From Escherichia coli (GTDB taxonomy: Bacteria > Pseudomonadota > Gammaproteobacteria > Enterobacterales > Enterobacteriaceae): a stretch of DNA of 64,000 nucleotides. The notes below the pieces were generated by a model. It saw only the letters and a program-made list of their open reading frames with translations, had not been told where the DNA came from and searched no databases. Below are positions 1 through 9,650 of this stretch, piece by piece. The stretch's first letter is position 1. Each line of letters starts with the position of its first letter. Position numbers and translations under genes: made by a program. The stretch lies in assembly GCF_002854065.1 (NCBI RefSeq), contig NZ_CP024151.1; one strand, given 5' to 3'.

Positions 1-549
1 CTTACCGATTGCTGCAGTGTAATAACCATGATTCTGAAGTAATTCAGACAGGAATGTTTCTTCCAGAGGGATACCATCCTGTGCATCAGAATTTGAATAT
101 ACACCGAAGCGAGCAGGAGCTCGCGCCGTCAGGATTGCGGCACGTGAAGGGCCAGAGACACCGTGTGCAACATAGCCGTTAGTGAATTTTACACCTTCGT
201 CCATCAGGGCCGCTAATGTTGGAGTGGATTTTTTTGCAGCTTCAATTGCTTTATCAATACCTATTTTGTATGTATCAACAACATTTCGGTTATCCATCGT
301 TTTAGGGTCAAATGAACTATCATCAAAAGGCAATTGTCCATACCCTAAATCATCCATTGTTAAAACAATGATATTTGGCTTACCTTTAGTGCTGTATTCC
401 GTCGGCGTGAAGTCCGCAAAGGCAACATTGGTTTTTGTTGCTTTGAGCTTAACATCATCTGCTGCATTTGCAGTACTCATCATCAGACCAGATGCTAATA
501 TAAGTGATATTGATGAGTTAAGCAGTTTTTTATTTAACTGATGTTCCAT
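1..549 (-). CDS. Sulfatase-family protein, N-terminal part (gene runs off the left window edge)
   Basis: Reverse-strand translation from ATG at 549: MEHQLNKKLLNSSISLILASGLMMSTANA (signal peptide) ... VAHGVSGPSRAAILTARAP, i.e. the S-x-P-S-R-x-x-x-L-T-x-R sulfatase signature (Ser-type). Not in the ORF track because it is truncated. Confidence 0.6.
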   Translation of the reverse strand, partial: MEHQLNKKLLNSSISLILASGLMMSTANAADDVKLKATKTNVAFADFTPTEYSTKGKPNIIVLTMDDLGYGQLPFDDSSFDPKTMDNRNVVDTYKIGIDKAIEAAKKSTPTLAALMDEGVKFTNGYVAHGVSGPSRAAILTARAPARFGVYSNSDAQDGIPLEETFLSELLQNHGYYTAAIGK

Positions 550-644
550 ATGGTATTCCTTCTGAGTTGCATCACGAACATTTATTAATAATAAAAGCCT
601 CTGATATAAATAAAAACTATGTAAATCGTTTAAATGGATACCTG

Positions 645-1781
645 TTAAAACTGATACATCATACCAACAGCAAGTATATTATCGGTTGCAACTCCAGCCT
701 TTTTGGTAAATTCGCTTTCATCAATAAGGTTAATTTTGTAATCAATAAGAAGTGACATGTTTTTGTTCAGAAAGTAGTTTGCGCCAACATCAATATACTC
801 AACAAGAGACTGATCGCCATAGTTTACTATTCCACCTTTAACATCCATCCCTTTGGACTGAACGTAAGCCAGTGAAGGACGCAGGCCGAAATCAAACATA
901 TACTGAGCCACAACTTCAATATTCCGTGCTTTATCTGCGATGCCTGCGCTACCAAATGGAGTCATATTTCGGGTTTCAGAGTAGTCAGCTGCCAGATACA
1001 GGTCATTATCATTATACTTGACCCCAACACCTGCAAACTCCGCATGTTTTCCCCCGGCAATCCAGCGAGGCGTAATAACTTCTTTTCCTTCTGAATCTTT
1101 CGATGTCATGAAACGTTTACGGCCTTCTTTTTCCTGCAGACTGGTTCTGTCGGCATTAGTGTAAGCGGCAACGATTCCAAAACCTTCATAGTCATAGCTT
1201 ACGGAGAAACCATATCCATCACCATTAGCTTCAAGTAAATTATCACGGTCATTTTTACCCTGATATTGAGCAGAAAAAGTAAGTCCATCAACAAGCCCGA
1301 AGAAATCTGTATTGCGCCAGGTCAGAACTCCGGTTGTTCTGCCGGTCATATAGTTATCAGAGTAAGTCCAGCTGTCACCACCAAAGTCCGGAAGTACGTC
1401 AGTCAGAGCCCCCACATCATAGGCAACACCATAGTTTCGCCCATAATCAAGTGAACCGAGTATATTGTGGCGAATACCTGCAAATGCCAGACGATTTTTA
1501 TCGTTGCGTACTTCACTTTCTGTCTTAAACCCCAGGAACTGGTATTCCCACTGACCAAAGCCAGTCAGGCTCTCATTAATTTGTGTTTCGCCTTTGAAAC
1601 CAAGACGTGCAAATGTTCTGTCGCCATCCATAGAACCATCAGAGATGTAATGACGGGCTTTAACGCGACCATAAAAATCCAGTTTATTACCGTCTTTATT
1701 ATAGATTTCTGCTGCCTGTGTTGCCTCACACAGCATTAATGCAGAAACGACAGAGCACACAACCACACTTAATTTTCGCAT
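645..1781 (-). CDS. General bacterial porin (OmpC/OmpF/PhoE family)
   Basis: Track ORF 645..1802, start taken at MRKLSVVVCSVVSALMLCEATQA signal peptide; 16-strand porin-like sequence with C-terminal ...AVGMMYQF, the typical terminal aromatic motif of enterobacterial porins. Confidence 0.85.
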   Translation of the reverse strand: MRKLSVVVCSVVSALMLCEATQAAEIYNKDGNKLDFYGRVKARHYISDGSMDGDRTFARLGFKGETQINESLTGFGQWEYQFLGFKTESEVRNDKNRLAFAGIRHNILGSLDYGRNYGVAYDVGALTDVLPDFGGDSWTYSDNYMTGRTTGVLTWRNTDFFGLVDGLTFSAQYQGKNDRDNLLEANGDGYGFSVSYDYEGFGIVAAYTNADRTSLQEKEGRKRFMTSKDSEGKEVITPRWIAGGKHAEFAGVGVKYNDNDLYLAADYSETRNMTPFGSAGIADKARNIEVVAQYMFDFGLRPSLAYVQSKGMDVKGGIVNYGDQSLVEYIDVGANYFLNKNMSLLIDYKINLIDESEFTKKAGVATDNILAVGMMYQF

Positions 1782-2334
1782 AAAAAAATCCCCTGTGCAC
1801 ATTTTTAGTATGGTTTTAAAAATTAAACTATGGCGAAAAAATTATCACCATGCAAATATGTAACAAAATATTTCTCGGTGATCTATGTTGTTGTTTTTAT
1901 TTGAGGTTGTATATTTTCTAGTGTATTTGACTTTTCTTTCTTAAGTGTTATTTCTCGACCTTTATCACAGAACCATCTCCCTGGATATCCCCATAACATT
2001 GCATGAAAAGCAAGTTTTACCAATCTTGATTTTCAGTGTTAAATAAGATTAATAACTGTAATTCTGCAAAAAAAAGAACACCATATGTAGTATGACTACG
2101 TATTCCACTCTGTTCGTTCACGGACTGGCATCGAAGTCTGAGGTGTACTGGCAATAGCGGATACAGTCATTTGTTCTTTTTTTAAGCATTCATCCGATGA
2201 TACTTTTCCTGAATGCTACCGGAGTGGTATTCCCCTGCCGTGATAGACTGGCCCCCTGAATCTCCAGACAACCAATATCACTTAAATAAGTGATAGTCTT
2301 AATACTAGTTTTTAGACTAGTCATTGGAGAGCAG

Positions 2335-2700
2335 ATGATTGATGTCTTAGGACCGGAGAAACGCAGACGGCGTACTACACAGGAAAAGATCGCTATTGTT
2401 CAGCAGAGTTTTGAACCGGGAATGACGGTCTCCCTTGTAGCCCGGCAACACGGTGTGGCAGCCAGCCAGCTATTTCTCTGGCGCAAGCAATACCAGGAGG
2501 GAAGTCTTACTGCTGTGGCCGCAGGAGAACAGGTCGTTCCTGCCTCTGAACTTGCTGCTGCCATGAAGCAGATTAAAGAACTCCAGCGCCTGCTCGGCAA
2601 AAAAACGATGGAAAATGAACTCCTTAAAGAAGCCGTTGAATATGGGCGTGCAAAAAAGTGGATAGCGCACGCGCCCTTATTGCCCGGGGATGGGGAGTAA
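2335..2700 (+). CDS. insC: IS2 transposase OrfA (InsC)
   Basis: Translation [56 protein letters not shown]... matches InsC of IS2; HTH N-terminal domain. Confidence 0.85.
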
Positions 2701-3563
2701 GCTTAGTCAGCCGTTGTCTCCGGGTGTCGCGTGCGCAGTTGCACGTCATTCTCAGACGAACCGATGACTGGAAAGATGGTCGCCGCAGCCGTCACTCAGA
2801 TGATATGGATGTACTTCTCCGTATACACCATGTTATCGGAGAGCTGCCCACGTATGGTTATCGTCGGGTATGGGCGCTGCTTCGCAGACAGGCCGAACTT
2901 GATGGTATGCCTGCGATCAATGCCAAACGTGTTTACCGGATCATGTGCCAGAATGCGCTGTTGCTTGAGCGAAAAACCGCTGTACCGCCATCGAAGCGGG
3001 CACATACTGGCAAAGTGGCCGTGAAAGAAAGCAATCAACGATGGTGCTCTGACGGGTTCGAGTTCCGCTGTGATAACGGAGAAAAACTGCGAGTCACGTT
3101 CGCGCTGGACTGCTGTGACCGTGAGGCACTGTACTGGGCGGTCACTACGGGCGGCTTCGACAGTGAAACAGTACAGGACGTCATGCTGGGAGCGGTTGAA
3201 CGCCGCTTCGGCAACGAGCTTCCGGCGTCTCCAGTAGAGTGGCTGACGGATAATGGTTCATGCTACCGGGCTAATGAAACACGGCAGTTTGCCCGGATGT
3301 TGGGGCTTGAACCGAAGAACACGGCGGTGCGGAGTCCGGAGAGTAACGGCATAGCAGAGAGCTTCGTGAAAACGATAAAGCGTGACTACATCAGTGTCAT
3401 GCCTAAACCAGACGGGTTAACGGCAGCAAAGAACCTTGCAGAGGCGTTCGAGCATTATAACGAATGGCATCCGCATAGTGCACTGGGTTATCGCTCGCCA
3501 CGGGAATATCTACGGCAGCAGGCCAGTAATGGGTTAAGTGATAACAGGTGTCTGGAAATATAG
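2658..3563 (+). CDS. insD: IS2 transposase OrfB (InsD, DDE domain; expressed by -1 frameshift fusion with OrfA)
   Basis: 301-aa ORF overlapping the insC 3' end in the -1 frame; DDE integrase-like sequence (..WCSDGFEF.., ..[11 protein letters not shown].., ..[12 protein letters not shown]..). Confidence 0.85.
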
Positions 3564-3974
3564 GGGCAAATCCAGTATCCGGATGTGCTGCCAGCCTTCT
3601 CAGTTAACCGATGTTTTCCGGGCTTTTTGCCATACTGAGGACTGATAACGTATTCCTGGTCGTAAAACCCGTCAATATGCGCCGGGGCATCGACAAAACT
3701 GACACAGTACGTCCGGAAAGAACTTAACGCTGCATGGCACGACAATGCTGCCTTTGTCTTTACCAACAAGGCTCGTTCCCGCATAAAAGTTCTACGCCGG
3801 GATAAACATGGCGTATGGCTGCGTCAGGCCTTCACTACTTCACACCGGAAGTCTTCCAGCCTGACACGAATATACCGTCCGGGCTCTTTCGCAGGTGCAA
3901 ACAGTTTTTCACATTCGGCGAATGTCATTTCTGAATCCTGGTAACGCAACCACTGAACCGGCATATTACCGGGT

Positions 3975-4580
3975 TTGATTATTGTCGCAGTTATTTTATA
4001 TCGTTTCCCCATATCGCCTCTCATCCTGACAACAAAATTACCGGCTGAGCCAGGGGGCCCTCACCCCCCTATAAGGGGTCCGCTTGGAAACATATCGAAG
4101 AAAACGGCCGGCGGGAGGAATACGGCGCGCTACCTGGGTCGTTATCTGAAGAAGCCGCCGATAGCAGCCTCCCGGCTGGCACATTACAACGGAGGGGCGA
4201 GCCTGAGCCTCCGTTACCTGGACCACAAAATGGGAGAAACGGCGACGGAAACGCTGACACAGCGAGAGCTGGTCGCGAGGCTGAAACAGCACATCCCGGA
4301 GAAGTTTTTTAAGATGGTGAGGTACTTCGGGTTCCTTGCCAACCGGGTGTGTGGAGAGAAGCTGCCGCAGGTGTACCGTGCTCTGGGGATGGATAAACCG
4401 GAAGCAGTGGCGAAAGTGTGCTATGCACAAATGATGAAACAGTTCCTGAGTCGTGATCCGTTCGAATGCGTGCTGTGTGGCAACCGGATGGTATACCGCC
4501 GGTCCCTTGCGGGGCTGAATGTATCAGGGCTGAAGAAAAACGCGCGGGATATCAGTCTGCTGAGGTATATGCTGGCCTGA
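3975..4580 (+). pseudogene. C-terminal fragment of an IS91-family (HUH Y2) transposase
   Basis: ORF translation ...RYLGRYLKKPPIAASRLAHYNGG...MVRYFGFLANR...CVLCGNRM resembles the C-terminal zinc-binding region of IS91/IS801-type transposases; no N-terminal catalytic half upstream. Family assignment is from memory. Confidence 0.4.
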
Positions 4581-4846
4581 CGCAGGCTAAGTGTGCCCGG
4601 GAATTGGTGCAGGAATAAAAAACAGCCTGTTGCGGTATAAGAATCGACCATGCAGAGAGATAAAACACCGGAGTGGTGGGAAAAGCAGAAGAGCTCACGT
4701 GGCATAAGGCGTGGACAGCGGTATCGTCTGGTTTTTCAATTTCCTATACGTCAAGGATATTTAATGGAATATCAAACATTTGGCCTGATAACAATGCTCA
4801 AGGATTAATACCTGCAGGCTATGTTAAAGTTGTCCCCACACACAAT

Positions 4847-5122
4847 CTACCTGTTTTCTCGTGTGTGCCACAGGCGCAATACATAAATAGTCTGGCCAGT
4901 AAGTTCGTAACGGATTTCGTACTCGCCAGCATAAATCCGTCTGACCTCCCTGGGTTCAAACTGAAACAACTGTTCTCCCATACGTGGATGAGTTAACAGA
5001 ATGACCGGTGCCTGTGTCAGGGACTGCACCGTTCTGGCTGCAGCTGGTTTACTGGCCAGCGCCAGAAAATCATATAACCGCGCCAAATCAGAAAGCGCCT
5101 TACTGGTCCACTTCAGTTCCAT
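4847..5122 (-). CDS. RelE/ParE-superfamily type II toxin
   Basis: 91 aa; ...REVRRIYAGEYEIRYELTGQTIYVLRLWHTRE is the characteristic RelE/ParE C-terminal pattern; start overlaps the stop of the upstream antitoxin. Confidence 0.8.
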   Translation of the reverse strand: MELKWTSKALSDLARLYDFLALASKPAAARTVQSLTQAPVILLTHPRMGEQLFQFEPREVRRIYAGEYEIRYELTGQTIYVLRLWHTRENR

Positions 5123-5406
5123 CAGCGAGGCACCGGTAACGGATTGTCAGTACCGAGGCTGTCCGCCCAGGCCTGTACAGCCTGATGGTCGATAACCTGT
5201 CCGGATGTCACATCGTCCAGGGCTTCCAGCGTCAGGCGATTACGCTCCTCCTCCTGGGCAAGCCATGCAGAAAGCGCCTGTTTGATAATCCAGCCCCGGG
5301 ACCGTTCCAGTCTGGCGGCCATCTGGTCGACTTTATCAGCCATAGGTAATGGCACATGCGCAGTAATTACTTTTGTTACTTGTGCGGTATTGTTTTTCAT
5401 TTGCAT
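5122..5406 (-). CDS. Ribbon-helix-helix (CopG/ParD-like) antitoxin
   Basis: 94 aa, directly upstream of and overlapping the toxin; RHH-like N-terminal region (..RLERSRGWIIKQALSAWL..). Start codon uncertain (several in-frame Met). Confidence 0.7.
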   Translation of the reverse strand: MQMKNNTAQVTKVITAHVPLPMADKVDQMAARLERSRGWIIKQALSAWLAQEEERNRLTLEALDDVTSGQVIDHQAVQAWADSLGTDNPLPVPR

Positions 5407-5949
5407 ATCCGATTAGTTGTTAATCATATTTAATCATAGTGATTACTTTCAGACGGAACAAGACAAATAATGCGCGTCAGCGCATGTAAGGCGGCATACG
5501 GTGGTTACATGTAGCACAGGAGTAAAACCGCCGAAGCCCGGCGTAAGCCGGTACGGACTGATAGATTTCACCTTACCCATCCCCAGCCCTGCCAGACCAT
5601 ACCCGCTTTCAGCCATGAGAGAGCTTCTGTGCGCGGTCGGAGTGGTCCCGACGAGGGTTTACCCGAAGTCGGGGCGTATCTCCGCGTTAGCGGGCCGTCA
5701 GGGCCGCTTACGAGCGTGTACTGAGAACTTCCAGCCAGAAGACTGACAGCAATGATAATGTAGTTACAACATTCATAATTAAAAGCGACTCTGTTCCGGC
5801 CCGAAGGGCCGGGGCGGGGCCGCTTTTCAGTTATGAGGGAGGGGCTTTGTGGTTTCAGTTCTGCGCGGGACCGGGGTTTTCCTGGTGGTTGTATTTGAGT
5901 GTTGTAACTAAAATGGCTCCGGTCGGGGCCCGCCGCTTGCGGTGGGAGG

Positions 5950-6316
5950 TGCATATCTGTCTGTCCACAGGACAGGCAGTGAATAGGTTTTCTTTTTAAA
6001 TGAATGTAGTTAAGTAGTTTAAAGGAGATATAAACAGGTGTTTAAAAGATACATTGCACCCTGTAAGGCTGGCGGATGGCGCTTTATGACATGAACGGTT
6101 GTAACCTTATGGGGAAGTCCCTTGCAGTTAAATGTGGATAAGCAAAATTCCTCGTCTGTGAGGCGTGTTTTGTATCAAAAACAGGAGGGACCGGATGCAC
6201 CTGAAGGTGGATGATGAGGTTGTTTTTTGTATGCGGTGCTGTTTTTTTGTTCGCCGACAGGCTTCAGGCGTGCAGATGCCTCCGGTGCGGGCCGGATTAT
6301 TCAGAGGAGGTCACTT
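5950..6316. other. RepFIIA vegetative origin region (oriR) downstream of repA1
   Basis: Non-coding stretch immediately 3' of repA1 with AT-rich tract (about 5990-6050) and a consensus DnaA box TGTGGATAA at 6134..6142; position matches IncFII oriR. Boundaries approximate. Confidence 0.5.
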
Positions 6317-7174
6317 TCAGGGGGAAGCTGTGGCCAGCCGGCTGTAATTACGGTTACGTGACAGAATCATGCGCTCTTTCACACGACGCTCCACTTCGCG
6401 TTTTACCGCCTCACGATTGGCAGTGAAGCGCCCTTCCGAGATTTCACGCGTCAGCTGCCGTTTCACCAGGGTGACGATATCCTGACGTTCCCTGTTCGCA
6501 TCACGACGCGCACGGGCACGCTTTATTCCACGGGACTTAAGCTCTGTCTGGTAACTGCGGAAACGCTCACGCACAAAACGCCAGGCTTTCGCTATCAGTT
6601 CATCCATACCCAGGGTATCCAGTCCCTGCTTTTTGCGCTGTCTGTTTTCCCATTCAACACGACTGCGGCGCGCAGCAACTACTGCATCCTCAGACACATC
6701 AAGGGCGGCAAATAGCGCCGGTGTGAACGTGATATCGGTCGGAATGTAGCACCCGATAAGCGGATCATATTCCGTCTGGTAGGTAATCAGTCCCAGCTCT
6801 GCAAGGAACGTCAAGGCTCGGGTGGCCCGGGTGATGGAGAGTTTTCCGGCAGCAGACTCCGTCGCCAGTCCGCACTCAATGGCCAGCGTAGTGATGGAGC
6901 ACTGGACGCGGTTGGCCAGCGGGTCATAGTGAAAACACAGCCCCTGCAGCAGCGCATCAATAGCCCGGCGACGCAGTACCGGTGGCATGCGCCGACGCAG
7001 TCCCTTCGAACGGGCATGTGCCACATGAATGGCGAAATCAAAACGGGAGGTGAAGCCCACCGCCTTTTCCATCAGTTTTTCGCAGAACTTCAGCGTTCCG
7101 GCACCTTCACGGGGTGTGAACACCGGATTCGGGTTTTTAACCTGTGAATAGTATTTTTGAAGGAGATCAGCCAT
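6317..7174 (-). CDS. repA1: Replication initiator RepA1 (IncFII / RepFIIA)
   Basis: 285 aa from [77 protein letters not shown]..., near-identical in pattern to R100/R1 RepA1; SD GGAGGGGG before ATG at 7174. Confidence 0.92.
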   Translation of the reverse strand: MADLLQKYYSQVKNPNPVFTPREGAGTLKFCEKLMEKAVGFTSRFDFAIHVAHARSKGLRRRMPPVLRRRAIDALLQGLCFHYDPLANRVQCSITTLAIECGLATESAAGKLSITRATRALTFLAELGLITYQTEYDPLIGCYIPTDITFTPALFAALDVSEDAVVAARRSRVEWENRQRKKQGLDTLGMDELIAKAWRFVRERFRSYQTELKSRGIKRARARRDANRERQDIVTLVKRQLTREISEGRFTANREAVKREVERRVKERMILSRNRNYSRLATASP

Positions 7175-7250
7175 GTCCCCCTCCAACACTATTCCCCCTC
7201 CTACGGGCGGCAACTAGCTCGTCTGGGCCGACACGTAAAGTTTCGAACAT
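7167..7250 (-). CDS. Candidate repA leader peptide (tap/repA6-like), translationally coupled to repA1
   Basis: In-frame Met 27 codons before a stop (GGACATGGCTGA) that overlaps the repA1 start; position matches the IncFII tap-repA coupling. Start codon uncertain; it is the 3' end of a longer 164-codon ORF. Confidence 0.3.
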   Translation of the reverse strand: MFETLRVGPDELVAARRRGNSVGGGHG

Positions 7251-7779
7251 ATCTGGTCTGAACCAGATGGTTCCTCCATCAAAAGCGATGAGATGAAGAT
7301 CATTATCAAGAGTTTTGAGGGCTCTCCAAACACGAGTGTATGAACCTCCACTACAAACTGAAAGCTCTTTAACAGATAAGTTAACTTTGTTCGTATCAGG
7401 GATGTAGTGTGCGCACATTACTTGTACGAGGGAAACATAAAAACTAACCATCGACGCGCTGATTTTATTTTTACGTTTGCCATGCGCTATTGCAAGAAAA
7501 CCTCTGATGAAGATCAGATGCTTGAAGGAGTCAAAATGAGCCCTTTTCTGGAGAAGGCAGCAAAACGGGTGAGGATACTTGCTGGAATCAATGTGAAGAT
7601 CTGATTCAATCCCACCCGCTATTACTGAATGTGTTTCATGATTAGCCACACCATCCTGCACTTACAATGCACAGAAGGAGTGAGCACAGAAAGAAGTCTT
7701 GAACTTTTCCGGGCATATAACTATACTCCCCGCATAGCTGAATTGTTGGCTATGCGGTTTTATGGGGCCCCGGTAATCT

Positions 7780-7890
7780 TTCTAGTCGCCAAACTTGAAG
7801 AAGATTATCGGGGTTTTCGCTTTTCTGGCTCCTGTAAATCCACATCAGAACCAGTTCCCTGCCACCTTACGGCGTGGCCAGCCACAAAAT
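7780..7890 (+). ncRNA. copA: Putative CopA/CopT antisense copy-number control region
   Basis: Located in the repA leader just downstream of copB, opposite strand to repA; contains CGCCAA and GC-rich hairpin-capable sequence I associate with R1/R100 CopA/CopT. Exact ends and strand not verifiable without alignment. Confidence 0.35.
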
Positions 7891-7947
7891 TCCTTAAACG
7901 ATCAGCAATCTACCACTCACTCCTGAGATAAGCAAGAATGTGAATAT

Positions 7948-8205
7948 TTACGAAGTCGCTCTGCGTTTCAACTCTGATTCAATCAGTTTTTCAAGCATCT
8001 GCGCCTGAGTAATACCTTCCTCATCCGCAAGTTCACTCAGCCTGTCTTTTAACCGGGCCTGAATAACCGCATGAAAAGCCTTATGAGTGTTGCTTCTGCG
8101 AGCCAGAGAAGCTCTTTGCCTCTCTCTGGCCGGAACAGGGTTACCTTTCCGGTATGTACGCTTGGTGCCTGATGAGGAAGTCACTGCATTTTCTGTCTGC
8201 GACAT
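7948..8205 (-). CDS. copB: Replication copy-number repressor CopB (RepA2)
   Basis: 85 aa, [23 protein letters not shown]...; small basic protein immediately upstream of the repA leader, as in IncFII replicons. Confidence 0.8.
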   Translation of the reverse strand: MSQTENAVTSSSGTKRTYRKGNPVPARERQRASLARRSNTHKAFHAVIQARLKDRLSELADEEGITQAQMLEKLIESELKRRATS

Positions 8206-8467
8206 CTCGCCTCCTCAATTCTCAAACAGGGATCGTTTCGCAGAGAATACTACAGTTTTTTGAAATCAGCGACTTGAAAGTTGTGACGATGATCTGTGTT
8301 GGCGCACAAATCATGTCTGATTACGACCGTTTAATGTGATTTTGATAATGAAATGACTGAAAAGCTGGAAATGCCTTAGCCAGGGTGCCGGCCCCGGGCG
8401 GGACCGGCTGTTTCTGGTATATAGGATGTCTGCCCCTGAAATACCTCACACTTCCGGAAAGCGGGGA

Positions 8468-8671
8468 CTTCCGTGCTTCGTAGGCCAGAGTTACCTGCAC
8501 CACTGTATTTCCTCTGTGAATATTCAGCTCACATAACCGTTCCCTGAATATCAGTGAAAAACACAACACCATGGCGCACACGGCGAGCAACCCGATAAGG
8601 GCATATTTCGTCATAAACTTTGACCTCTCTGCAAAGAAGAGGCTACAATCAGTAGTGTTAAGGTACTTCAT
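8468..8671 (-). CDS. srnB: Hok/Gef-family type I toxin homologue (SrnB-like)
   Basis: Translation MKYLNTTDCSLFFAERSKFMTKYALIGLLAVCAMVLCFSLIFRERLCELNIHRGNTVVQVTLAYEARK matches the SrnB sequence as I remember it; single TM helix plus conserved C-E-L motif. In this sequence the frame reads on to 8321 with no stop after ...EARK. Confidence 0.7.
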
Positions 8672-9619
8672 GCAGACCTCACGAGTTAATGGATTAACGA
8701 GTGGGGTCTTCGCATTTCTGGTACCTGCGTCTTGCCTGAACCAGAAAGGCTCAGACACCCGCCGCGATAATACCACATTCCCTGTTGCTGGCTATTACCC
8801 CCATTTGCCTGTTTTTGTTACAAAAACGCCGGGAGCGGGGGAAAACTTACTTTTTCCCGTTTCCGGGGGGGACAACTGAGCATTGCGAACGCGTCAGCTA
8901 CGATGTTCCGGTGATTGCTGATCAGCCCCTGTTGTATTCATAAACTAATTAACATTCATTCCGTCTGGTGCATAAATCTGCCCGTGAACATCTGCAGACA
9001 ATACCGACCATAAAAAAATAAATAATCCCAGTAGAATATATTTCCTCATATTATTATCCATAACAAATAAATGGCACCTGTACACCTGTATTTCAGGCAA
9101 TCCTGAATATTGCAGCGCACATTGAATAAGACGTTATTTCGTGACATTAATCACAAAATATAAAATCGCGACTTAATACGGAAAAAACTCTGTGCTACTC
9201 AGAACTGACTGGTCATACTGCCCGACCGGATATTAAAAAAGCAAATCTCATAAACTCCTTTCAGCCTTCTGACTCCTGGAGTAATGAAGGCTGCTTTTTC
9301 GTTACACCCTTCCCCGGCAGCGCCGGTAGCAGTGTTCAGCCCTTTTTCGGGCAAACTGCTGCCAGTCTGTCCGGGGCGCAACACAGGCAGCCCGTCGCCA
9401 TCCTTCTGCCGCTTCCATCCAGCGTCCACTGACCTCCAGAATAACGGCCCGGCTTCCGGCACGCTGCCAGCGCCAGACCTGACCGTTCCGTGAACTGTTT
9501 CTGAATCCATTCATCTTTATCACTCCTCTTTAACCCGTCAGTATTATGGTGTTAAATAATCTACTGAATTGGCTTCCTTTCGGGTACGGAAGTTTATTTC
9601 CTTTTAAGCCTTATTTCCC

Positions 9620-9650
9620 TGCCTCCTCTCTCTGATGGAGGCTTTTTTTA
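9620..9650 (+). terminator. Hairpin plus T-run (possible bidirectional terminator at the finO 3' end)
   Basis: GCCTCCTCTCTCTGATGGAGGC stem-loop followed by TTTTTTT on the plus strand, directly abutting the finO stop. Confidence 0.35.

Larger units (their letters stand above)
2244..3574 (+). mobile_element. IS2 (IS3 family), complete 1331-bp copy
   Basis: Ends match remembered IS2 termini (left TAGACTGGCCCCCTGAATCTCCAGACAACC..., right ...CTGGAAATATAGGGGCAAATCCA); contains insC/insD in the canonical overlapping arrangement. Confidence 0.9.

Noticed and set aside
182-541. 119-codon plus-strand ORF at the left edge
   Set aside because: Antisense to the sulfatase N-terminus, which has a clear signal peptide and the sulfatase signature motif on the minus strand.
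2731-3038. ORFs 2731..3024 (+) and 2796..3038 (-) inside IS2
   Set aside because: Embedded in or antisense to IS2 insD; IS2 coding capacity is accounted for by insC/insD.
3488-4024. Minus-strand ORFs 3824..4024 and 3488..3784 as a possible IS66-type TnpB or other accessory transposition protein
   Set aside because: Only vague resemblance, and the reading frame is broken between the two ORFs; treated as unassigned IS-associated remnant.
5480-5960. Possible tRNA or structured RNA gene in the GC-rich spacer beyond oriR (track ORFs 5501..5746 and 5568..5954)
   Set aside because: No cloverleaf with anticodon arm could be traced by eye and the ORFs are low-complexity; kept only as a structured non-coding region inside the TA-module finding.
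6317-7213. N-terminal extension of repA1 to the track start ([13 protein letters not shown]...)
   Set aside because: The conserved RepA1 N-terminus begins at MADLLQ (ATG 7174) with GGAGG upstream; the extension would run through the leader-peptide coupling site.
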